Below are positions 1 to 13,807 of a DNA stretch of 64,000 nt, one piece after another (position 1 is the first letter of the stretch; each line of letters starts with the position of its first letter). The DNA is from the human T2T-CHM13v2.0 reference genome, Homo sapiens, in assembly GCF_009914755.1 (NCBI RefSeq), contig NC_060947.1; one strand, 5' to 3'. The position numbers and the translations under genes are program-made. The notes beneath the pieces were generated by a model that saw nothing but the letters and a program-made list of their open reading frames with translations, was not told the origin of the DNA and did no database searches.

Positions 1-431
1 TCCGTTGTTGTGAATGCATAGCAAATTCCTAATGGCCTCCCTATTGCAGTGTATTTTTCACATAGGAGATCCTCTTGGAATGCTATGGTGGAGGGGAGTG
101 GGGAAGGAATGGCATGGGGTTACTGGGGGAATTACGCAGACTCGGTGAGGACAAGAATGAGAGATGGACAATTTGCTGCCTTTGCAAACCATGGCTCTAC
201 CTAAGTTCACTTTGGTCGAAGGCCATTAGGAGATACTTAAAGCTAGATGGACTTTCAGAGTTTTTTGGAAGTATTGTTAGTATTCCTTCGCCATTTCTTT
301 TGAGATCTACATATATTCAGAAACACATGACAATTGGAATTAAACTGGGAATGGGTTAAATGCAAAGATCTATAAGGGTTCATTTATTAATAAATTCACG
401 GTCCTTAGCCTGGGACCATGGAATTCTAGAG

Positions 432-572
432 CAGAACTGTCCAATAGACCTTTTTGCAGTGAAGTCTATTAAGCATTTGAAATTTAGCTAATATTACTGA
501 GAAACTAAATTTTTGACTAAACTTAAAGTGTCACATGGGGCTGTTGGCTACCATATTGGACAGCAAGCGCAA
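432..572. mobile_element. MER3-like hAT-Charlie MITE
   Basis: ctgtccaata...tattggacag inverted ends; 8-bp TSD ttctagag at 424-431 and 573-580. Confidence 0.7.
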
Positions 573-922
573 TTCTAGAGGCTTTGAGATTTTATAAACT
601 TTGAAACTAGATGCAGAAAAGGATGTGTATGTGTATTTTTCTAGGAAGTGAGTCTGAAGCTTTCATCAGATTCTCAAAACCAAGAGAAAAATAAAGAACT
701 ACTTTAGGTCTTTGGTAAAAAAGAAGTTAACAGGTTCTTTGGTAAAAAAGAAGTTGACCGAGGTAAGTAAGCCCTCTTGTGACCACTCCTGTTTCTCCTT
801 TCTCATTTTTTTCTGTCCTTAGCTGTAGGTGGCTCCCTCCCACCCCAACGATTTCAGAGAGAAACAAGTCGGAATCTGAGAAGTGAGGCTCCAGATAAAC
901 TGTAAACTGCTGGAAGGGGGCG

Positions 923-1276
923 ATGGCTGTGGCCCTGGGTTGTGCAATCCAGGCATCCTTGAATCAAGGCTCTGTGTTTCAAGAATATGATACTGACTGT
1001 GAAGTTTTCCGTCAGCGCTTCAGGCAGTTCCAGTACAGAGAAGCAGCTGGGCCTCATGAAGCATTTAACAAACTCTGGGAGCTTTGCTGTCAATGGCTGA
1101 AGCCAAAGATGCGCTCTAAGGAACAAATCCTGGAGCTGCTAGTGTTGGAGCAATTCCTAACTATCCTGCCCACAGAGATAGAGACCTGGGTGAGGGAGCA
1201 CTGCCCAGAGAATAGAGAAAGAGTTGTGTCACTGATAGAAGACTTACAGAGAGAACTTGAGATACCAGAGCAGCAG
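923..1276 (+). CDS. ZNF449: ZNF449 coding exon 1 (SCAN domain)
   Basis: [10 protein letters not shown]...[55 protein letters not shown]... is a classic SCAN domain. Acceptor tccttag at 822; donor CAG|gtaaga at 1277; 354 nt, phase 0. Confidence 0.95.
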
Positions 1277-1556
1277 GTAAGAAAAGAATGTGGGATCTTT
1301 GTGATTGGTCCAAAGGAAGTAGCTGAGGCAGCTGGGACTAGACCACACATTTGTCTCTATGTCATTCCCCAGCCTCAAGATTTCTCCAGAGTCCTCTTCC
1401 TTTTTCTCTTCTGCTGAACTCAGCAAATGAGTCAGTGCTTTTAACTCTATCAGACTCAATTCCCCTTCTATAACAAATAGTTTATAATGTCCACTTTACT
1501 ATGCACAAATGAAATTGATAGACAACATAATCTACCCACATACATCAACCCAAAGC

Positions 1557-1751
1557 ATCAGTAAATTGCTCCATGGCCTGAAGGCCAATTCTAGCCATAC
1601 CCTGTTTATCTGTATACTCTGTATGTAATGGTTTTTTTATCTTGTTGAAAGGTCATTGAAAAAAAGAGGAAGGAGAAGAACTGACAGTGAATGTGCCCCA
1701 CAGTGCCTAAAATATTTACTATTTGGCTCTTTATAAAGTTTGCCAACCCTG
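1557..1751. mobile_element. MER58-like hAT MITE
   Basis: Typical 3' end aaatatttactatttggctctttataaagtttgccaaccctg. Confidence 0.55.
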
Positions 1752-2558
1752 AATCAAGTCTAGAAGGAATATAAAGGAAAAGAAACATAGTTTGTTATAA
1801 ATTGATAGGGATTTGTACATATATGTGCTTGGGCCTGACCGAATGTCATGAAGTTGTCAGATGTTTGCATCTATGCTTAGAATCATTGTGAATGGGACAG
1901 CCAGAAATTCAGACTGATAAAGCTCAAGTACTACGAACAGTGTTGCTCCTCGTCATGTGATTTTCCAAAATGGCATACGACTCTAGGTAAATCTGAACAA
2001 TAAGCAGTGTAGTCTTTGCTTTTCACATTAGTGCATTCCTAGAAAATTTCATTTGTGCTGAAACTATGCAAAACAAAACAAACAATTGTACTTATTTGAC
2101 CAACAAGGTGGGGTTCTTGACAGGTTCTTTTTACTCACATGAATGTTTGAGTGGGACATTCCACACTTGGTAGGGACCTAGAACAATTCTGCATTGTAAA
2201 TTATGTTCCATTAAATTCTGATAGCCACCACCTGTCAGCATATCCAAAACTCCCCATGGGGACAGTGGCACTGTCTGCCATTCAGAATGACTGTGTAAAG
2301 CCTCTTTTCAGAAGTGCCGTGACTGAGAGAGGGCAGTATCTTTGGGAAAAGGGAGCAGGAGCTTCCAGATGGGCATCAGGGATACTCCAGTCTTGTCTAT
2401 GGGGGTTCTCTGCAGGAGCTGTTAGCTTCAGGGCTCCTGAACAGGAGTCTTCTGAAGTTTTCTGTCTCCCTAGGGTACTTGGGTTGGTGGTTGCCCTTCC
2501 TTTCTCTGTCTCCTTGGTTTTGTTTACTATATAAGATTTTATCTTCATGTGGTCTAGA

Positions 2559-2873
2559 CATTTGCTGCTGAATACAGTCACTACTAGTCATGTACAGCTC
2601 TTGAGCCCTTGAAATATGGCCAATACAAATTGAGATCTGCTGTAAGTATGAAATACACACCACATGCAGAAGACTTGGTATGAAAAAAGTAGGTGAAATA
2701 TCTCACTAATAATTGTTCATATTGATTACATGTTGAAATCCTGATTGTTTGCACTGGATTAAGTAACACGTACTATTAAGATTGGCCTTACTTTTTAAAA
2801 AATTTATTCATATGGCCACTAGAAAATTTAAAATTACATGCATGATTCTCATACAATTCTACTGGGCACTGTT
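2559..2873. mobile_element. MER33-like hAT MITE
   Basis: Consensus-like body (aattgagatctgctgtaagtatgaaatacacacca); 8-bp TSD ggtctaga at 2551-2558 and 2874-2881. Confidence 0.7.
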
Positions 2874-2913
2874 GGTCTAGACTTGAGAGTGATGGTTCTG
2901 GCATTTCCCCCAG

Positions 2914-3118
2914 GTTGATATGCATGACATGCTCTTGGAAGAACTGGCACCAGTGGGAACGGCACACATACCACCAACCATGCACCTAGAGTCACCTGCA
3001 CTCCAGGTAATGGGACCTGCCCAGGAGGCCCCAGTAGCAGAGGCATGGATCCCACAGGCAGGGCCACCGGAGCTGAACTATGGTGCTACTGGAGAATGTC
3101 AGAACTTTCTGGACCCTG
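2914..3118 (+). CDS. ZNF449: ZNF449 coding exon 2 (linker)
   Basis: Acceptor ttcccccag|GTT; encodes [13 protein letters not shown]...NFLDP; donor CTG|gtaagg at 3119; 205 nt, keeps frame with neighbouring exons. Confidence 0.92.
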
Positions 3119-3806
3119 GTAAGGCAAGGGTTTCTCTCCTTTCTTTTGTTTCTGTTTTGAGAGTTCAGGAACTCTCAAGGGTTGGGGTTGGGTTAGAAAC
3201 ACCAATTACTCAATGGAAATTGACCACTCAGATAAAGAAGAGGAAAAAGTCTCTCTGGGAATAGTAGGGAACAAAGCACTTTGGATAGAACCCTGGGATT
3301 AGGAACCCTTTAAGCTAATGACCCTGATAAGGAGTCTTTTGATCAAGAATGTTACACAGGAAAACTATGGGAGTTTGGATTCTGGATAAGGACTCATTTC
3401 TCAGCCCAATTTTAATCAACAGGAACTGTGATGTGGTGGGCCCCAAGGGCCTCGGTTGCTTTTATGGCATCAGAGCCTTATTCAAACTTAATACTTTAGT
3501 AATATAGTCTATTTAGATCCTGTAAGATCAACCACTTACTGCAGTCTAAAGGAAATATCTACCTCATTAAATCAAAACCTATTACAGTGTTTTTCAAACT
3601 GTAGTAAGCAGACCATTTGCAGCATGAACACCACAGGTGCATGTTTAGCAAGCTCTGCAGGTGAGTGCTACACACACTAAAGTTTGAGAATCACTGGCCC
3701 AGACACCACAGGGATTAGTTCTAGAAGGAGAAAGTCCAAGTGGAGAAAGGCAGCACGATCACATAGTCCAGTTGCTCCTATATTTTATTCCCCTTTGGGG
3801 TTTTCT

Positions 3807-4087
<281 letters not shown>

Positions 4088-4369
4088 TTCTCCTTTGGGG
4101 TTTTCTTACCCAGTGTTCCCTGTACCTCTTCTACCCCTCACATTAAAGCTTTGGCCCGAGTGTGGCCAGAATCCTCTCCCCGACTCCCCCAGGTACTGTT
4201 TCAACATGTTCGCACGTTCAAGAGACTGTTAAATACTGAGACCACAGAAGACACATAAAAAATGAAAATAAGAACTGTCCAAGTTATAAAATATAAATGT
4301 CTGATCCATCCATAACTAGCTCAGTACCCAGGATTAGGAACCATGCCCCTTTCCACATCATATTAATAT

Positions 4370-5330
4370 CATTTATTCATTTGTACACTATCTACGAGCA
4401 CCTTTGAGGAGCCAGACACCATGCCAGACCCTGGGGATTCAGTAGCACACAAGGTTGGAAAGCAGCTCTGGTCATCTTGGAGATTACAGTTCAGTGGACA
4501 ATTCAGATATGTTAGTAGGACGTTTTGTCCTGTATGTAACAGAAATCTGACAGTAAATGGTATGTTGGGAGGAATAGGATGCCCAGGAGCATGGAGGAGG
4601 GCCACCTAACCAGCTTTTGGCTGAGAGGGAAGTCTGGAGGAAGGAGGATCTGGGTTAAAACCTACAGGATGGATCAAAGTGAGCCTGTGGAGTGGTGTAC
4701 ATGGGAAGCGGAGAGGGCTGGGATCAAAAGCAACAACATGTGCAACGTTCTGAAGGCAGAGAGAAGACCTCCTGCTGCAGTGCAAGGGACATAGAAGAGC
4801 AGTGGGGCAGGAGTGGCAATAGAAGAGGCTGGAGAGAGAAGCAGGGTCCTGGGTCACGAAGAACTTGCAGCCTCATGGAGAAGTCACACTTGATTATCAG
4901 GGAAGTGGGGAACCATTTTGAGGTTCTCCAGTACCAGAATGATACACACAAATTTGCATTTTAGGAGATTATTCTGGCTATAGTAGGAATGGATACATAC
5001 TACTGAAAGCAGGGACCCCATTTGGGAGGTTGTTGCCATCATTCAGGTGAGAAGATGTTGTTCTAGAGCAAGGGCATGTTGGTGATGATGGAGTGAAAAT
5101 GTAATTCAAAAGATACTTAGCAGGTGTGAAATATAGAGCTTGGTGATTGGGTGTCAGGGTGATGGAGAAGAAGGGAGTAAGGATGGAATCCAGGTTTCTG
5201 GCCATTGAACTGGGTAGATGGTAATGTTATTCACTGACATGACAAACAAAAGAGGAAGATCAGATTCGGTGGGTCAAGTTGAGTTTAGATTTGAACATAC
5301 AGAGTTTGAGGTGCTTATGGGTCTCCAGCA
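4370..5330 (+). mobile_element. L2 fragments
   Basis: Decayed LINE-2-like sequence (catttattcatt...; ggatggaatccaggtttctgg...gagtttagatttgaacat...gagtttgaggtgc). Confidence 0.6.
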
Positions 5331-5456
5331 TATTTTTAAATAAAAGTGACAAAAGAGGAAAACTTTACAAGTATGCATATTGTGGTCAAAGCAGAACTAT
5401 ATATTGCCATTTATGTTCCAAGCTTTACATCATCTACATTTCATAGTCTATTGAGG

Positions 5457-5487
<31 letters not shown>

Positions 5488-6734
5488 CAAAACCGGGTTT
5501 ATGTGTATATGCCTGGAACAAGTAGTAAAACTTAGCTAGTAATATTTTGAAGTATAACTCTTTCTGCATTTGCATTCTGATTCTCCATGTTAATTCGCTC
5601 CTTTTGTCAACACTGCAGGTACAAATACCACATAGTAGCAATATTTATCTGGTGTTAATATTTTGCTCTCTAAAGCACATGGAAATCTAGTATATTTAAC
5701 AAAGGATAGGTAGAATTAATTAATTTAACAGATAAAAATTACAAATTGGAGGACAGGAAATTATCCTTTTCTTATCACCGTTTAAAGTGATATATTATGC
5801 TTTGAAAAATGTTGCAAGGCTTATTTTATTATTTAAAGGTTACTTAAACTTTTACTTTAAACAAAAGTATATTTGATGTATTACATGAAATACATTCTAT
5901 TGTGGACTGAATGGAAAGCACAAGATGCCAGCTGAGTGGAAAAGAAATTCAAAAGTAATGGAAGAAGTCAATTGATTTTATATTAATGTTTGGAACCTAT
6001 TTCCTATGAGCAAAAAATTAGGTTGTTGAGTATATATGAATTGTGCATATATATTTTTTCATGTAATATAACTGAAAACACATATACACATTCATTGCAA
6101 AATAAAAGAGAACTTAAGTGAACAATATAAAGTGACCTAAGGAAGACATAAACTTTAAAACAAAATCCCTTATTTGAATTCATGCTGGACACTTTGATGC
6201 CAGAGATAGGCAATAATATTAGAATGTATGCAATCAGAAAGAAAAGAGGCAAGGAGACGCTAGTCTTAAAAACATAAAATATATCATGCTTATCTTTGAA
6301 AATATGGAGTTCAAAATTCGTACACCAAAACTGGATTGCATTTTGAGTTGTCAAAGCTTTGGGTTTTTCATTTCAATTGATGAGGTTTCATTTGGAATGT
6401 GTGTGAAATGTAAAAGATCACATCTTTTTGGTGATGAAGAATATGAGAGATGAAAATTTAAAGTAAAATACAGGACAAACAAATGCTGTCTAGAAAGCAT
6501 CAGAAGATTCTTATAACTTAAACTTCTTCAGATTATTCTACTATACCAAAAAATTTACCATAAGCTAATATCTAACCCCCAACTATAGTAATGACATTTC
6601 TTGGTGTAGTGAAGCTCTTACGAGACAGTCTTTGCTAATGGGGTTTAATGAAGCCATTCCCTGAGTTTAGGATGGGGGGAACATTCAATGAAGCACCTTC
6701 TTTGTTAATCTCCAATTGCTTTTCCCTCTTTGCA

Positions 6735-7160
6735 TGGGATAGCTATTGAAGGGCAATTAATTATCCCCGAAACTTAGCAGCTTAAAGGAAAAAGTATTTA
6801 TCATGTTACTATTTTTGAGAGGAATTCAGGAGTGATCTACTAGATGTTTATGGCTCAGAGTCTCTCTTGTAGTTGTTGTGAAGATGTCATCAGGGACTGG
6901 CAGGATGCCTCAATTCCTTGCCAAAGGAATTTCTCCATAGGTTACCTAAGTATCTTTATGATGGGGCAGCAGGCTTCCCCCAGAGCAAAGGATCCAAGAG
7001 AAAGCAAGGAGGATGACACAATGTCTTTGATAACCTACCTACATACCATACTTATACCATATTCTGTTCATTAGAAGAGTCACTAAGTCCAACCCACACT
7101 TAAGTGAAGGAAAAGGAAGTTCCACCTCTTGAAGGAAAGAATACCGAAGAATTTGGGAGC
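6735..7160 (-). mobile_element. MLT1-family MaLR LTR
   Basis: aattatccccgaaacttagcagcttaaag...gagtcactaagtccaacccacact resembles antisense MLT1. Confidence 0.55.
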
Positions 7161-9489
7161 GTATTTTGAATCAACCATGCCTGGACTTAATAGCCTTTTA
7201 CTTAAAAAAAAAATCAAAAATAATTTCCTTTTTTTTTCTTCAGTTAATTTTTCCTAAGTAAAATTTCTTCACTTAATTTGGTCAAATATAATATACCTAT
7301 GATGGATCTCTTAGCTATAGCCAGAGGATGAGTTTAACATCCTGGGCAATATGTTATTGTCACTGGAAAACTAATATTCTAGACTATGGTCTCAAAACCA
7401 GGAGACATGATTAAATTTAAGGTAACAGGCTTTGGTTTCTATCTGTAGGGCCCTCCTTTTTTCCTTTTATTTTTAATTGACATGTAATAATTGTACCTAT
7501 TTATGGGATACAGAGTGATATTTTGATATGTGTGTACAATGTGTAATGATCAAATGAGGGTAATTAGCATATCTGTCACCTTAAACATTTATCATTTCTT
7601 TGTGTTTCTCATTCCTGTGGGAGCTAAAAAAGAAAATGAGCTCACAGAAGTAGAGTGTAGGGCCCTTCTCTTTTTACTGACCAGCAGTTAATGTTTCTTC
7701 TATTACTGTAAAACCACTCATCCAATAATAGTTGCTTTACAGATAGCTTACATTGAGGGTAAAGAAAAGAGCTCCTTGACAGAAGTAGGCATTAAGGCCT
7801 GCTTTTTTATTGCCACTCAACATTGACCCAGAAGCCATGGAGCCAAACTAGAAAACATTTGGAGAATACTTATATATGCGGGTATTGATATGATAAATTT
7901 CTAGAATTGGAATTGATTGATTAATGGGCATTTAAAACTTTAATAGATATTGTCAAATTGACTTCTGAAATTATTGTACCAATTTATCCTCCCACCACAA
8001 TATATAGGAATGCCAAATTCTGCTCATCTTCACTTATCTTTGCTATGTAAGAGCCATAACTGTTCTCGCTATGTTGGCCAACAGAGTAGGGCAAATATCT
8101 GTGGAAACCCTTTCAGTAAGTGTCAGTTTTATTCAGCATTGGTGGTGGTATTTTATTCAATATATAAGAGTAGAGGATGGGAACTGATACCTAAAGGTGA
8201 GACATGGGTCAAAAGTGAATGGGAATTGGTTTTAGCTGACATGGACTGTGAAAATAAGGTTGAGAAATGCAAATAAATTGGTGACAGTGTCCAGAAGTAT
8301 CTGAATATTACTCAGGACCACAGGGTTGTGGTGGGCTGTGCTACACATATAAGAAGTGCATTAGGTTGGCATCCATGAAGAAGCTCAACTATGAGCACCA
8401 TGTTCTCACATCCAAGGTGTAGAGACTGTCCTGATGCACCCAATTTGGGGCCAAGCTTTTTGAAAGCTGGCACCAGGAGTATGATGCTGGGGACAAGGAA
8501 CCAAAGCAAAAGTACTCAAACCTCTGTAATTTGGTGCTGTGCATAAGGTAGCAGCTAGACTTGAGGGCCAATATGGGAAGCCCATGAGACACAGCTGCCT
8601 GGTAGTAACACTTCTGACCTTAGATCTCATGGGTACCAGATTCTGCTTCCAGGGCTACTTTTAGTCCTTCAGCTAGGTCGTAGAGCTTCTTTTACCCAAG
8701 GAGCAGGTGTCTGGGCCTGGTTTTGAAGTGATATTTGATTAAATCTATAACCTTAAGAGTTTCAAATCTGTGCTCTGTAAGATGAGAATAGCCATATGAA
8801 CAATTCCTGTCATTCCCAAAACTGTTTTTCTGGCTTTCATATTGAGATCTCCTGGGCCTCCAGGCTTCTACCACCCTAAGCCTTTGCTACTTGCTGCTCT
8901 CCCCAGTTTCAATTCCTTCTCACTTCTGCTTGATGGCAGCTTTCTTTAATCTATGAACTCCAGTTTATTTTTTTCCACTAACTTTTAAAAATTTTTTTTT
9001 TAATTTTTGTGGGTACATAGTAGGTGTATATATTTATGAGGTATATGAAATATTTTAATACATTGCATGCATTGCATAATAATCACATCATGGTAAATGG
9101 GGTATCCATCTCCTCAAGTATTTATCCTTTGTGTTACAAACAATCCAATTCTACTCTTAGTTATTTTTTAAATGTATAATTTCTGTTTTTTTGGGGGGGC
9201 CTCTTCCACCACATCATTCAGTTATCCCACTCCTGGGTTTAAACCAAGCTTTGTTAACAAAATAGTGAGTTTATAAAACATTTTATTGGAAGTGTATTTT
9301 ATATTTCTTAATCTAAAATCTATTGTTTTTTTCCCTGTGAAAATGTAAAATAAAGTATTTTACACCACTTCCTAGGATTTGATATAATGTACTGAAATCT
9401 AAATTTTACTTCAGATTAATGTTAGCCAAACTAATTTGTTAATATCATTTAATGATGTCAATATTTAAATTTTTTTTACATTTACATCT

Positions 9490-12480
9490 TTTTAAAATAG
9501 CGTTATTGAAATATAATTCACATACCATACATTGTCACCCCTTTGAAGTGTACAATTTAATGTTTTTTGGTATATTCACAATATGTACAACTGTCACCAC
9601 CCTGTACCCTTTAGCTATCACTTTTTGGCCCCCATCTCTCCCACTCCAAAGCAACCACTAATTTACTTTTTGTCTCTGTAGATTTGCCAATTCTGGATAT
9701 TTCATATAAATGGAATCATACAATATGTGGCCTTTTATGACTAGCTTCTTTCACTTAGCATATTTTCAAGGATCAACTATGTTGTAACATGTATCAGTAC
9801 TTTATTCCTATTTATGGTTGCATAGTCCATTGTGACATTATACCACATTTTGTTTATTCATTCAACAGCTGATGAACATTTAGATTGTTTTTATATTTTG
9901 GCTATTATGAATGATGCTGCTATAAAAATTTCAGTATGACATTTTGTATTTATGTATGTTTTCATTTTTCTTGGGTATATACCTAGGAGCACAATTGCTA
10001 TGTCATATGGTAACTCTATGTTTAAACTTCTCAGGAACTTCTAGACTGTTTTACAAACTGATTGCACTCTTTTACATTCCGACCAGCAGTGTACAAGCAC
10101 TCTTATTTCTTCACATCCTAGGCGACATTTATTATTATTATTTGACATTTTTATTCTAGCCATCCTATAGGTATGAAATAGTGACTCATTGTGGTTTTGA
10201 TTTGCATTTCTTTCTTTGAAGAGTAACGATGCTGAACATGCTTTCATGTGCTTATTGGTCATTTGTATATTTTCATAGACCTATTTAGTCCCCTTGCCCA
10301 TTTTTAATTGAATTATTTGTCTTTTTATTATTGAATTGTATGTGTTCTTCATACAGGTGACCCTTGAGCAATGTGGAGGTTAAGGGTGCTGACCTATTGT
10401 GCAGTTGGAAATCCATATACATAACTTTTGTTTCTCCCAAATTTAACTACTAATAGCCTACTGTTGACTAGAAGCCTTACTGATAACATCAATGGTCAAT
10501 GAACACATATTTCATATGTTATATTTGTTATATATTGTATTCTTACAATAAGTAAGCTAGAGAAAAGAAAATGTTATTAAGAAAATCATAAGGCAGAGAA
10601 TATATTTATTATTCATTAAGTGGAAGTGGATCATTATAAAGGTCTTTATAGCAACACAAATGAACTAAGACAGTGTGGTACTTCCATAAGAATAGACATG
10701 TAGATCAACAGAATAGAGGAGAGTTTAGTCTTGCTGTCTCAGGGCTGTCAGAGGTGGAAGGAAATCTGCCTGTAAGTGTATTTGTGTAGTTCAAACCCAT
10801 GTTGTTCAATGGTCAACTGTGTATTCTAGATAAAAGTCCCTTATTAGACATATGATTTGCCGGTATTTTCTCCCGTTCTGTAGGCCATCTTTTCACTTTC
10901 TTGATAGTGTCCTTTGTAGCCCAAAATATTTTTTTAATTTTGATGAAGTCATATGTAATTGTTTTTTCTTTTGTTGTTTGTGCTTTTGATGTCTTATCTA
11001 AGAAATAATTGCCTAATCCAAGGTCACAAAAATTTTCTCCTGTGTTTTCATCGAACAGTTTTATAATTTTAGCTCTTACATCTAAGACTTTGATCTATTT
11101 TTCATTAATTTTTAATAGGGTGGGAGGTAGAGGTCCAAATAATAATTTTTTCCCGTGGAGACATCCAGGTGTCTCAGCATTATTTGTTGAAAAGGCTATT
11201 CTTTTTATATTGAATATCCTTGAAACCCTTTTCAAAATCAGTTGACCACAGGACAGGTATATGGATTTATTGCTAGATTCTCATTTCTATTCTGTTATGT
11301 TTAGTTGGTTTATAGTATTTTCTATGTCTTGTATTATTGATCTTCTGCCTAGATTTTCTGTCTATTAGTGCAAGGAGTTATTGAAGTGTCCAACTACTAT
11401 TGTTAAATTATCTGGTTCTTGTACTATTTCTGTTGAGTTTTGTTTTATATATTTTAGTACTCAGAAATTAAGTGCATACATGATTATAATTGTTATATCT
11501 TCCTGATGGATTGATATTTTTATCATTATAAAATGATCCTGTATATCTTAGTAACAGGGGTTTTTTTGTTTGTTTTAATGCCTATTTTGACTGGCTCTCT
11601 TGTGGTTGCTACTTGTATGATATATCTTTTTCCATCCCTTTACATTCAATCGGTTTGTATCTTTGAATCTAAAGTATACCTCTTATAAACAGTATATAGT
11701 TGGATCTTTTCAATCCAGTCAGACCTTCTCTGCTTTCTGATTAAGTCATTTAATGTATTTACATTTAATTTCATTTGTGATATGGTTGGATTTATATCTG
11801 CCATTTTGCTTTCTGTTTTCTATATGCCTCAAGTCTTTTTTGTTCTTCTATCCCTCTTTTACTGCTTTCTTTTTCATTAAGTAAATATTTCTCATGTAAT
11901 ATTTTACTTACTTTAATAATTTTACTACTTTTATTTCTTTAGTGGTTGCTCTAGGATTTACCATGTACATCTTATCATTGGTTTCAAAGTTATACTAACT
12001 TAATGCCAGTGAGATATAGAAATGTTTCTCCTATGTAGCTCTGTTCTCTTTTCCCCCTTTTTGTGATATTACTATTATACATGTTACATCAAAAATGTTT
12101 TAAACCCAAGAATACATTGTTATAATTATTGCTTTATATAATTTTAAGACTCTTAAGAAGCTGAAAGAAGAAAGGAAAATACATATATATTATAACTTTT
12201 GTTATATTAGCATTGTTTATCATTTCTGGTTTTCTTCATTTGTTCCTGTGGATTTGAATTACCAACTGGAGTCATTTCTTCAGTCCCATACACTTTGCTC
12301 TTACCCACCTCATTTCTGCTGTTATTGGGAAATATATTACATTTCTATATGTTGTATGCCCAGCAATACACTATATACATATTTTTATACAGTTGCCTTT
12401 TACATCTTTTAACAAAAGAAAGAAGCAATACTGTCTTTTCTCATTACGTAATTATTTTTACTTGTGCTGCTTTGTCATGT
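9490..12480 (-). mobile_element. Old L1M (L1MA/MB/MC-type) fragments
   Basis: Antisense L1 3' end and ORF2-end motifs; minus-strand ORF 10041-10262 resembles the L1 ORF2 C-terminal region. Confidence 0.75.
10353..10820. mobile_element. Tigger2a-like Tc1/mariner element inserted in L1
   Basis: TIRs caggtgacccttgagcaa ... ttgttcaatggtcaactg. Confidence 0.7.
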
Positions 12481-13693
12481 GGATTCAAATTACCATTCAT
12501 TTAGATTATAAGTCAGTATTTTGTACCTAAGCCTTTGCTATTCTCTCCTATTCCAAGTTTCAATTGAAACTCCATCTTTTACTTCACAGCAGCTTTCTTT
12601 TGATCTATTACCTTGAATTTTATTTGACCTGTTTCATATTACCCTGTAATTTCACTCTTAGCTTTGAAATCCAAATGAAAACAAAATAGTGAATTTAAAC
12701 AGCACTTTTATTTGAAATTCAGCTTTAGTTTCTTAATCTTAAAAAGGAAATTTTTTTTTCATGAAAAACTAAAACAAGGTATTTTAGCCCACTTCCTCTG
12801 CCTTGAATATAATGTTCTGGAATTTAAATTTTACGTCAGATTAACATTAGTCAAACTAAATTCCTAATGTCATTTTAATAATACTAATATTTAAACATCA
12901 GCCTACATTTAGATATCAAATTAGTAATTTACAGCCCACATTTCATTGAAGACCAGTAAACTTGATCAGAGATAAAGGAGGAGAATAAGGGGCTCAGAAA
13001 AGAGGATGTAAGCAACACCAGCTGTCAATGAGGAGAGGGGTGGTCAGACAAGGCGAGAGTGAGTGGTTGGAAACTTCACCTGGTTGTCCTTAGATTGACA
13101 CTTTGAAATACTATTTTGTAGTCATTTTGGGTTATAGTCATTTTCACCTGTATAAGTTATTTGGGCTAATTTTAAGAGAATCCACTTTTAGACTTCAGCG
13201 GAAACCAACATAAATGCTGCTTTTGCTAGGTTCAACCCAGTTCAATTTTCGTTTAAATTCAAAAGACTCCACTGAAATTTTTCCAGTAAACACTTTACTA
13301 CTTTCACCTCTCTTTCTTCATTTGGCACTCAATAGCAGTGTTTCCCAGTATTAATATGGCAAAACTTTATGAAATTTACTTTATATTTTAGCTCTAACCT
13401 AAACAAATCTAGTATCAAAATAGATGCTGAAATGATTTAGTGCATTGATTTCAGCACAGAATTTATTCACTCACCTTCCATAGATTAGAGAATAGCTTTG
13501 AATTGAACACCACCTCATTTTCATTTTGCTCTTATCTTTTAAAGAAAAGACTGTTGTAAGAGACTCAGGTGAAGTAATAGTAATGGAGAAGGAAGTAGAT
13601 ACTAAGAGGCTATCTGTCCAAGAAATCAGCCTAAATTTTGGAAAAACCTTTGATGAGCCAAACTGTAATGCTTCCCATCTTTCTTCTGGCCAG

Positions 13694-13807
13694 GATATCC
13701 ATTACCAAAACTTGACATGAACTTCTCATTGGAGAATAGAGAAGAGCCATGGGTGAAGGAATTACAGGATTCTAAAGAAATGAAACAATTACTTGATTCC
13801 AAGATAG
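13694..13807 (+). CDS. ZNF449: ZNF449 coding exon 3 (KRAB-B-like remnant)
   Basis: Acceptor tctggccag|GA; encodes (G)[37 protein letters not shown]; donor TAG|gtaagt at 13808; 114 nt, phase 1-1. Confidence 0.92.

Noticed and set aside
854-1459. Minus-strand ORFs overlapping the SCAN exon
   Set aside because: Antisense shadows of the ZNF449 coding exon with no independent support.
5462-6730. Isolated poly(A) followed by AT-rich sequence that might be a decayed transposase or processed pseudogene
   Set aside because: No TSD, TIR or convincing protein similarity could be identified by eye; needs Dfam/BLASTX.
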